64,000 bases of DNA from Eledone cirrhosa (Eukaryota). Every line of letters starts with the position of its first letter. The first letter of the stretch is position 1. Positions 50,402 through 64,000 of this stretch are shown in pieces. The stretch covers positions 16,492,001-16,556,000 of the forward strand of contig OZ024756.1 of the NCBI GenBank assembly GCA_964016885.1, read 5' to 3'. Under the pieces are notes generated by a model, which worked only from the letters and a program-made list of their open reading frames with translations, had not been told where the DNA came from and did not search any database. Made by a program: the position numbers and the translations under genes.

Positions 50402-50466
<65 letters not shown>

Positions 50467-50763
50467 CTATACTATATATATGTATGTATATATATAAATA
50501 TATCTTACTGCTATATATTTATGTATATATATATGTATATGTATGTATATATATATATATGTATGTATATGTATGTATATATATATATGTATATATATAT
50601 ATGTATGTATATATATATATATATATGTATGTAAATATATACTATATATGTATGTCGTATGTATGTATATATATATATGTATGTACTATATATATACACT
50701 CTCTACTATATATGCATACTACTATACTACTACTCACTATACTATATCAGTACTCTACTATAC

Positions 50764-50798
<35 letters not shown>

Positions 50799-50818
50799 GT
50801 ATGTATGTATATATATAT

Positions 50819-50852
<34 letters not shown>

Positions 50853-51227
50853 CTGTACTATACTCTCTATATAATACTATATAAGTCTACTATACACTAT
50901 ACTGTATGTATGTATATATATATATATATGTATATGTATATATATGCTATATATATATGTATGTATATATATATGTATGTATATATATATGTATGTATAT
51001 ATATAGTATGTATTATATATGTATGTATATATATACTGTATGTATATATATATATGTATGTATATATATATGTATGTATATATACTATGTATGTATATAT
51101 ATATGTATGTATATATGTATGTATATATATATGTACTGTATATATTATATGTATGTATACTATATATGTATGTATATATATATGTAAGTATACTGTATAT
51201 AAGTATGTACTGTATATATATATATGT

Positions 51228-51275
<48 letters not shown>

Positions 51276-51343
51276 GTATATGTATGTATGTATATATATA
51301 TGTATGTATATAATATTAAGTATATATCTATGTATATGTATGT

Positions 51344-51377
<34 letters not shown>

Positions 51378-51647
51378 ATGTATGTATATGTATATGTATG
51401 TATATATATATGTATGTATATATATATGTATGTATATATATATGTATGTATATATGTATGTATGTATATATGTATGTATGTATATATATATGTATACACT
51501 CATACTATGTATACAGCTATATATATATGTATATGTATATGTATATGTATACTATATACTCGTATCTATACTCAGTACTCATGCATATATATATGTATAT
51601 ATATGTATGTATGTATATATATATGTATGTATATGTATATATATATA
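44743..51647. repeat. ~6.9-kb compound (TA)n/(TATG)n microsatellite
   Basis: Direct inspection; degenerate from ~49000. Confidence 0.98.
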
Positions 51648-53947
51648 CTGCCACCAGGTCTTCTGCCTCAACCCTCTGACAGGGAAGCTGTGGCAATCGC
51701 TTCTTGACTTCATGGATGATTTCTTCCTATCCCAACTGGTGCTCGAACAACGAGGTGCCACAAAAACGTCCTAGACTTAATTTCAGCAATCACACTGACC
51801 AATCTCCACAATATTGCAGTGGAGAAAACTCTACTCTCTGATCATGACATGGTTCTCTGTGATCTGAGCTTCCACCGTCCAATATACAAACCCAATGTCA
51901 TCTCTCCTGTCCATCCGTTTGACGCTATGGATTTCCACAATGCAAACTGGGAAGCGATCAGTCATGATCTTGCACATGTCGACTGGTCCTTCACGCACAC
52001 TCATACACCCACTAACATCAAAAAGTCCTGGCAGACATTTGTGGACACTGTTACAAACATATGTGCTAAACACACCCCATTAAGAACTATAAACAAATCT
52101 AAGAGCAGAATCCCTAGAAATAGAAAAACGCTCATCAGAAAAATTAAGAGAACGAACAAAAAAATCAACAAGCTGAAATACTGTCAGCAGCAACACATCA
52201 ACTTGACTGCCATTTCATCACTAGAGATTAAAAAACATAACCTCCAAAACAACATAATGTCCCTCATCAACAATCAGAGAAGAGCTGAAGAGGCCTGGGC
52301 CATTGAGAAGATCAAACTCAATCCCAAAGTGTTCTTTTCATTTGCAAAAAAACACAAAATCACTGGCTCTACTGTTCTATTGCTTCTCCTCTTGCCAATC
52401 TGTGGCGGAACTCACTGGATGCTGGATATGTGCCAGAAAACCTTCTATCCTAGTCTGTTGTCCCAGTTTTCAAAAAGGGAAACAAATCCCTTGCCGTGAA
52501 TTACCGTCCAATCTCACTCACCTCTCATATCATTAAGGTATTTGAGCGAGTGGTGAGATCGCGAATGACCCACTTCCTTGAGAGTAACAATATGCTGAAC
52601 TCCAACCAGCATGGATTCCGTAATGGAAGGGATTGCCTGACGCAGCTACTGCATCACTTTGATGACATTTTGAGAGCCTTGGGAGAGGGTTCCAACACTG
52701 ATGTTATCTACCTTGATTTCAGCAAGGCCTTTGACAGGGTTGATCATAACATTCTACTGAGAAAGCTGTCCAATATTGGTGTCACTGGAAAGCTGCTGCA
52801 GTGGATCAAGAGCTTCCTGTCAAACAGAACCCAACATATTGTAGTTGAGGGAGTCAAATCCAGCCCAGCCAAAGTCAGTAGTGGGGTCCCACAAGGCACT
52901 GTGTTGGGCCCACTTCTCCATCATCTATATTAATGACATCACTGACATCATCAAACACAGCAACATTAAAATTTTCGCTGATGATTCCAAGCTCCAAAAG
53001 GTCATCAATGGCGTGGATGACCGGATAAGCCTTCAGTCAGACCTACTGGCTGTTACCCAATGGGCGGAAAAGAACAACATGTTACTGAACGAAGACAAAT
53101 TCGAACTGATCCACTTTGGAAAAGAGGATGCTCTGAAACTCCCGTACTCCCTTCCCTCCGGGGAAACTCTCGTGGCATCTAACAACATCAGAGACTTGGG
53201 AGTAACCGTGGACAGCAACATAAGCTGGACCACGCATATAAGCAGCAAAGTTGACATGGCCCGCAGAATGTGTTCCTGGATCCTCAGAACCTTCCAGTCG
53301 AGAGATTCCCGCACCATTATCCTTCTCTTCTCTACTTTTGCCCAACCGCACCTTGAATACTGTTGTCCACTGTGGTCTCCCCACACGAAACAAAGTATCA
53401 TGAAACTTGAAGCTCCTCAAAGGGCAATCACGAAAAAGATAGATGGCATGTCAGACCTTGACTACTGGGGTCGATTAGAAAACCTGAAACTTTACTCACT
53501 CCAACGTCGCCGTGAGCGTTATATTATCTGCAAGATGTGGAAAATGTTCCATCATCACTGCCCAAATGATGTTGGCATCGCCTTCAAGATACACCCAAGG
53601 CTTGGGCCCCGTGCTATCCGTCCCATTCAAAAATCTAAATCGCAACTCATAACAACAATACGGCACAATTATTTCACCTCAATCGGCCCTGCTCTCTTCA
53701 ACATCACACCAGGACACGTCAAAACAGAAACTGACCACACAAAATTCAAGAAGTCTTTGGACAAATTCCTCCAAGTAATCCCGGACAAACCACCCACACC
53801 CGGATATGTCTCCGCAAACAGTAATTCTCTTCTCGAATGGGCCATGGTGCCCAAATCCTGAATTGAAAGACTTCGCCAGGTGGTGTTATTAAGTTAGACA
53901 TGGCCTGGGCCAATACTGGCCAAAACATTTCAAAGTTATTCAAAGTT
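51648..53947 (+). mobile_element. CR1-clade LINE, 5'-truncated, with an internal deletion and frameshifts
   Basis: LSDHDMV (end of APE), NYRPISLTS, NQHGFR.GR, YLDFSKAFD, GVPQGTVLGP, IFADDSK, RDLGV, HLEYCCPLWSP; 3' end (TTCAAAGTTA)2. Confidence 0.92.
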
Positions 53948-53978
<31 letters not shown>

Positions 53979-54069
53979 TATATATATATGTATATATATA
54001 TATGTATATATGTATATGTATATATATATGTATATGTATATATATATATATGTATATGTATGTATATAT

Positions 54070-54101
<32 letters not shown>

Positions 54102-54134
54102 GCATATGTATATATATATATATATATGTATGTA

Positions 54135-54166
<32 letters not shown>

Positions 54167-54232
54167 GTATATATTATATGTATGTATGTATATATATATA
54201 TATGTATGTATATATATATATATGTATGTATG

Positions 54233-54263
<31 letters not shown>

Positions 54264-54283
54264 GTATATATGTATGTATGTAT

Positions 54284-54317
<34 letters not shown>

Positions 54318-54726
54318 GTATATATATATATGTATGTATGTATATATATATATGTATGTATGTATATATATGTATGTATGTATGTATATATATGTATGTA
54401 TGTATGTATATATATATATGTATGTATGTGTATATATATATGTATGTATGTGTATATATATATGTATGTATGTGTATATATATATGTATGTATGTGTATA
54501 TATATATATGTATGTGTATATATATATATATGTATGTATGTGTATATATATATATATGTATGTATGTGTATATATATATATATGTATGTGTATATATATA
54601 TATGTATGTGTATATATATATATATGTATGTATGTATATATATATATATATGTATGTATGTATATATATATATATATATGTATGTATATATATATATATG
54701 TATGTATATATATATATGTATGTATG

Positions 54727-54758
<32 letters not shown>

Positions 54759-55029
54759 TGTATGTATATATATATATATGTATGTATATATATATATATG
54801 TATGTATATATATATATATATGTATGTATATATATATATATATGTATGTATATATATATATATATGTATGTATATATATATATATATGTATGTATATATA
54901 TATATATGTATGTATATATGTATATATATATATGTATGTATATATGTATATATATATATGTATGTATATATGTATATATATATATGTATGTATATATGTA
55001 TATATATATATGTATGTATATATGTATAT

Positions 55030-55060
<31 letters not shown>

Positions 55061-55198
55061 TATATGTATATATATATATGTATGTATATATATATATGTA
55101 TGTATATATGTATGTATATATATATGTATGTATATATGTATGTATATATGTATATGTATGTATATATGTATGTATATATGTATATATATATATGTATG

Positions 55199-55262
<64 letters not shown>

Positions 55263-55431
55263 TTGTATATATATATATATATGTATTGTATGTATATATA
55301 TATATGTATATATAGATATTTTGTATATATATTATATATATATGTATGTATAATAAGTATATATGTATATATATATATATATGTATGTATAGTAATATAT
55401 GAATATATATGTATATATATATATATGTTAT

Positions 55432-55521
<90 letters not shown>

Positions 55522-55542
55522 TATGTATATTATATATATATG

Positions 55543-55573
<31 letters not shown>

Positions 55574-55757
55574 GTATATATATATATGTATTTATATATA
55601 TATATATGTATTTATATATATATATATATATATGTATGTATATATATATATATGTATGTATATATATATATATGTATGTATATATATATATATGTATGTA
55701 TATATATATATATGTATGTATATATATATATATGTATGTATATATATATATATGTAT

Positions 55758-55810
<53 letters not shown>

Positions 55811-56029
55811 GTATGTATATATATATATGTATGTATGTATATATATGTATGTATGTATATATATATATATGTATGTATGTATATATATATGTATGTATGT
55901 ATGTATGTATATATGTATGTATGTATGTATATATATATATATGTATGTATGTATATATATATGTATGTATGTATGTATATGTATGTATGTATGTATGTAT
56001 GTATATGTATGTGTGTATGTATGTATATG

Positions 56030-56093
<64 letters not shown>

Positions 56094-56111
56094 TATGTAT
56101 ATATATGTATG

Positions 56112-56166
<55 letters not shown>

Positions 56167-56187
56167 ATATATGTATGTATTTATATA

Positions 56188-56223
<36 letters not shown>

Positions 56224-56547
56224 TATATATATATATGTATATATATATGTATGTATGTATGTATATATATATATATGTATATATATATGTATGTATATAT
56301 GTATATATATATATATGTATGTATATATGTATGTATATATATATGTATGTATTTATATATGTATATATATATGTATATATGTGTATGTATGTATATATAT
56401 ATGTATGTATGTATTTATGTAGTATATATATATGTGTATATGTATGTATATTGTATGTATATATATATGTATGTATGTATATATGTATGTATATATATAT
56501 GTGTATATGTATATATGTATGTATGTATGTATGTATATATATATATA
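53948..56547. repeat. (TA)n/(TATG)n microsatellite
   Basis: Direct inspection. Confidence 0.98.
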
Positions 56548-56758
56548 CATCCAGAGTTGACATTGCACTCAGTGCTCCTTTGGGAGCCCCTACATGGACA
56601 CACTAGAAGAGGAAGACCAAGGTTAACATATGTTGATGCCCTAAGGACAGACACTGGTCTATTGGGGACGCAGGATATGGCAGCGATAATGAGGGACAGA
56701 GACTGCTGGAGAGAACTCGTCCATGGATCTCGGGAATTTTACCCGCCTTAGATAGATA
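56548..56758 (+). mobile_element. ~200-bp RTE-group LINE 3' end
   Basis: [32 protein letters not shown]; matches 28358-28550 on the opposite strand. Confidence 0.85.
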
Positions 56759-56858
56759 GGTATGTATGTATGTATGTATGTATATATATATATATGTATG
56801 TATATATATATGTATGTATATATATATATGTATGTATATATATATATGTATGTATATG

Positions 56859-56897
<39 letters not shown>

Positions 56898-56900
56898 GTG

Positions 56901-56931
<31 letters not shown>

Positions 56932-57248
56932 GTATATATGTATGTATATATGTATATATATATGTATGTATATATATATATGTATATATATATGTATGTA
57001 TATATATATATATGTATATATATATGTATGTATATATATATATGTATATATATATGTATGTATATATATATATGTATATATATATGTATGTATATATATA
57101 TATGTATATATATATGTATGTATATATATATGTATGTATATATATATATGTATATATATATGTATGTATATATATATATGTATGTATATATATATATGTA
57201 TATATATATGTATGTATATATATATATATATGTATATATATATGTATG

Positions 57249-57279
<31 letters not shown>

Positions 57280-57412
57280 GTATATATATATGTATGTATA
57301 TATATATGTATGTATATGTACATATACATGTATATGTATTTATATATATATATATAAATACATGTATATGTATTTATATATATATATACATGTATATGTA
57401 TTTATATATATA
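56759..57412. repeat. (TA)n/(TATG)n microsatellite
   Basis: Direct inspection. Confidence 0.97.
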
Positions 57413-59303
57413 GTAATAGTTACCTAGACACATATGACCTTAGCAACCTGTGCCCTACAAGACCAGCAAGAGGCAGACCACCTACCATTACCTCAATGGC
57501 CAAGAAAACCCACACAGATAGATGGAACGGGTGGACCAGAGCCATATGGACACCCGAAAACCACGATGAACTGAAGAAAATGATTGCACATGCGGTAGGG
57601 GCCAGCATAAAATTAACCCTTAAGGAACATATGTTCAAATTTAATGGTAAAACATATGCCCAAGAGGAAGGAGCAGCCATTGGTGTTAGCATTGCAGGCG
57701 ACATAGCTAACTTATTCATGGTATGGTGGGACAGTAGACTTAAACTTAAACTTAAAGAACAATTAGAAGACAGCTTAACCCTGATAATGTACTCCCGCTA
57801 CGTAGATGATATAAACATCGTAGTTAAGACACCCCCACTAGAGAACAGTCAGGAACTAGAGAAAAACACAATGGAAAGCATCCAGCAAATAGCAAACTCC
57901 ATCCACCAGAGCATTAGAGTTACTATAGACTACCCAAGTAGACACCCCAACCATCGATTACCTGTACTAGACACAGAGCTCTGGTTAGATACCATTAACA
58001 ACCAAAAACAAATCCTCCATTCCCATTATGCCAAACCCATGACTTCCAAACATCTGATCCACCGAAACTCGGCCATTTCGGACCATACCAAAATCAGCAT
58101 ACTGATTGCGGATTTGGTACGGGTGATGAGAAACGTGTCCCGCATGTGCAACCCCGAAGAACTAGAGAGACACATACAACACTTCATCCACCGTATGCAG
58201 TTCTCTGGCTAGAATCAGAGTGTATAGAGGAGCCAGAACCAAATGGGGAAAAAATGGTAAATGACATAAATGGGACCTGCCCCTTGTATAGGAGCAAATT
58301 TTGGAATAGAATAGAAAGAACTAGGAACAAGGCCAATAGAATAAACTCATGGTATGATAGCAATAAATACCAGTGTAATGTTCATCGATACTACCCCTAG
58401 AGGCGAACTAGCCTACAAATTCAGAAGGGCCCTAAATAAACATAAACTCAATATTAAGATAGTAGAAAGACCAGGTACCTCCGTAAAAACACTTATTAGC
58501 AAGACATACCCGTTCCAAAGACCCTCATGTATAGATAAGAAATGTATAACCTGTAAAATAAGCCCCCATATTAACTGTAAAACTAGAAATGTAGTGTATA
58601 GCATAAGATGTACTGAAGGACAATGTAGAAACAAAAATATAGTGTACATAGGTGAGACAGCTCGTAGTATAGGGGAACGGATAAATGAACACTGGCGAGA
58701 CCTTCAAGATAATAAAGAATCATCTGTACTCTACCAACATGCTAAGATAGCACACAAGGGTAAATTAGAGAACATAGAAATAAAAATAGAATCTACACAC
58801 AGAAAAGATGCAATGTTTAGACAAATTACAGAGGCAGTAAACATAAAAGAATTACAACCAAAATTAAATAGAAAATATGAGTGGAACAGCAACATCACAA
58901 CTTACAATTAAGGACAAAATGAAAACACACACATAGAACAAACAACCAACCAACATGTAAATAAATAAATAAACAAATAGATAAATGAACGCAAACACAC
59001 ACAGACACCCGGATGTGGCGCAAACTAAGCACACAACACACACACGGAAACAAAATGGCGTAGGACAAGAAAGGAAAGGCACAGAAACAAAGAAAGGAAT
59101 CCCCAGTCACTGAAGAGGTCACAGAGTGTGTGACGAAAGGACTATGACTATATATAAACAACTATCTGGTTGTGGAACCAACCAACCAGAAATTTGTAGA
59201 TTTGTAAATTTATAAATTTATAGATATATAATAAATTTAAGTGAAAGCAACTGGTGCGTGTGTTTCTTATTGGCAACATGACCCTCCCAAAGTATAACAA
59301 TAT
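57413..59303 (+). mobile_element. Penelope-like retroelement (Neptune-like), 5'-truncated, in microsatellite
   Basis: RT: FKFNGKTYAQEEGAAIG..IANLFM, YSRYVDD, LPVLD, HYAKP (57496-58212). Linker CIDKKCITC..C. GIY-YIG: VVYSIRC..YIGETARS..ERINEH..HAKIAH (58354-58911). Confidence 0.9.
59105..59149 (+). ncRNA. Minimal type I hammerhead ribozyme motif
   Basis: AGTCA-CTGAAGA-G-[GTCACA gagtg TGTGAC]-GAAA-GGAC-TA-TGACT. Confidence 0.78.
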
Positions 59304-59498
59304 TTATATATGTATATGTGTATTTATGTATTTATATATATGTATATGTATTTATATATATGTATATGTATTTATATATATGTATATATATATATATGTA
59401 TATGTATTTATATATATGTATATGTATTTATATATATATATGTATTTATATATATATATATGTATTTATATATATATGTATTTATATATATATGTATT

Positions 59499-59529
<31 letters not shown>

Positions 59530-59834
59530 GTATTTATATATATATATATGTATTTATATATATATATATGTATTTATATATATATGTATATGTATTTATA
59601 TATATATGTATATGTATTTATATATATATGTATATGTATTTATTTATATATATATATTTATATATATATATATATATTTATTTATATTTATATATTTATT
59701 TATATATATATATATATATTTATTTATATTTATATATTTATTTATATATATATTTATTTATATATATATTTATTTATATATATATTTATTTATATATATA
59801 TTTATTTATATATTTATATTTATATATATATATT

Positions 59835-59883
<49 letters not shown>

Positions 59884-59918
59884 ATATTTATTTATATATA
59901 TATATATGTATATATATT

Positions 59919-59967
<49 letters not shown>

Positions 59968-59988
59968 ATATTTATAGATATATATATT

Positions 59989-60021
<33 letters not shown>

Positions 60022-60045
60022 ATCTATATATTTATATATATATAT
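59304..60045. repeat. (TA)n microsatellite with TATG and then TATT interruptions
   Basis: Direct inspection. Confidence 0.97.
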
Positions 60046-61632
60046 ATCATCATCATCATCATCACCGTTTTACGTCCGTTCTTCCACGCTAGCATGGGTT
60101 AGACGGGTTGTCCTGTTGTGGGCAGTGTCTGGTCGGCTGACCATGCCTTGCTCATACAGGAACTGATCTGGCTTGATTTCTACAGCTGGATGCCCTTCCT
60201 AACACCAACCTCATTTACAGTGAGTGCTGGGTGCTTTTTCGTGGCGCCTACACGTCCACTTTACAGTGTGGGCTGGGTGCTTTTTTGCCGTGGCACCTCC
60301 ACGACCACCTTGCGGTGGGGGGGGGGGGGGGGGGGCATATTGTTTATATGCTTCAGCATGTACCCATGGGAGGTCGGGTACCCTGTATTACTGCGTGACG
60401 CCAGAAGTCACGGTCGTGTGTCATTGACTTTGAGAGGTGTAGTTGGGTAAGGTCGGCTTTTATCACCTCATCCCAAGTCATCTTGGGTCTCCCCACTCCG
60501 CGGTTTCCATCAACTTCTAGTGCTCTGCACCTTTTTATGCAGCTGTCATCCTTCATACGCATCACATGTCCATACCAGCGTAACCGCCTCTCCTGCACGC
60601 AGCATTTGATTCCTCTTATGCTCAGTCTCTCTCTCAATTCATTTATGCTTTGTCGTTCACGTATATTACTGTTACACATCCATCGGAGCATGCAGGCTTC
60701 GTTTCTCTCTAATCTACGTAAGTCTTCCACCTTCAGCGCCCAGGTCTCACTACCATGCAACATCGCTGTTCGGATACACGCATCATACAGTCTGCCTTTC
60801 ATTCTGAGGGAGAAGCCTTTTGCAGCTAGCAGTGGTAGTAGTTCCCTAAACTTCTTCCATCCCGTTCTTACCCTAGTTATTGTACTTTCTGAGCACCCAC
60901 CTCCGTTGCTAATTCGGTCACCTAGGTAGCAGAAGCTGTCTACTGTTTCTACAGGGCCCTCCCAGAGATTGGTGGTACTTGTTTCCTGTGGCTGTTTGCT
61001 TGCTGTTTCAGCACAGCTGCTGCATGTGAATCCTACATTCTTAATTAAGCTTCCTGAGATCCCGCTACATCTCTTGTGTACCCATTGTTTGCATTTGGGG
61101 CAAAGAATGGAGTTCCTACCTACACCTTTCCTACATACTGAGCAAGGCCATTTCCCTGAGGGGATCTGGGTTCTGTTTTCTCGTCTACTTATAAGGACCT
61201 TAGTCTTTGTCATGTTGACTTTGAGGCCCTTTCTCTCTAGTCCCTGCTTCCAGGTTTGGAATTTATTCTCTAGTTCTACCATAGATTCAGCTATGAGTGC
61301 GAGGTCATCAGCATACAGGAGTTCCCATGGGCATCCGGTCTTAAACTCCTCCGTTATTGCCTGCAGGACTATGATGAACAGGAGAGGGCTAAGAACAGAG
61401 CCCTGGTGGACCCCAACCTGTACGCTAAATTCCTCGCTATACTCATTGCCAATCCTAACTTTGCTGACTGCTCCCCTATACATGGCTTGTACCGCTTTCA
61501 CAAGCCATTCATCTACTCCTAGTTTTCTAAGAGCCCACCAGATTACTGCACGTGGAACTCTGTCAAAGGCTTTCTCAAGGTCGACAAATGCCAAGTAGAG
61601 TGGCTTACTTTTAGCTAGGTACTTTTCCTGTA
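60046..61632 (-). mobile_element. Young 5'-truncated RTE LINE with an uninterrupted RT C-terminal ORF (60353-61594) and complete 3' UTR
   Basis: FVDLEKAFD, GVHQGSVLSP, LLYADD, PHD-like C..C..C..C..H..C..C..C insert, FCYLGD, RLRWYGHV, GRP; (ATG)n tail. Confidence 0.93.

Positions 61633-64000
<2,368 letters not shown>

Noticed and set aside
49000-51600. TACTA-rich degenerate zone in the microsatellite
   Set aside because: Could be old decay but equally low-quality long-read consensus; cannot be judged without reads.
44727-60102. Very long Y/I/M/V/C ORFs (up to 1421 aa)
   Set aside because: Translations of (TA)n/(TATG)n tracts that lack stop codons; not genes.

Overview
AT-rich, repeat-dominated eukaryotic genomic DNA. 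The SINE/LINE types, multi-kb (TA)n/(TATG)n tracts and a single-exon poly-C2H2 gene suggest a mollusc, probably an octopod cephalopod (inference only). The only convincing host gene is a 9-finger C2H2 zinc-finger transcription factor (35636-37204, +). The rest comprises at least 9 minisatellite arrays, ~13 kb of microsatellite, decayed LINEs (RTE, BovB-like, CR1, a CRE-like fragment), two Penelope-like retroelements (PLEs), a hAT and a mariner transposon, several MITE families, a non-autonomous Helitron-like element and two tRNA-derived SINE families. The most notable hidden signal is a set of type I hammerhead-ribozyme motifs from three sequence-unrelated families. All have an NUA cleavage triplet and sit in PLE pseudo-LTRs or in short ORF-less elements embedded in (TA)n. 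One PLE also has a TGA at a predicted Cys position. Several satellites can be traced to the transposons they grew from. All family assignments come from manual motif reading; no database search or folding program was run.
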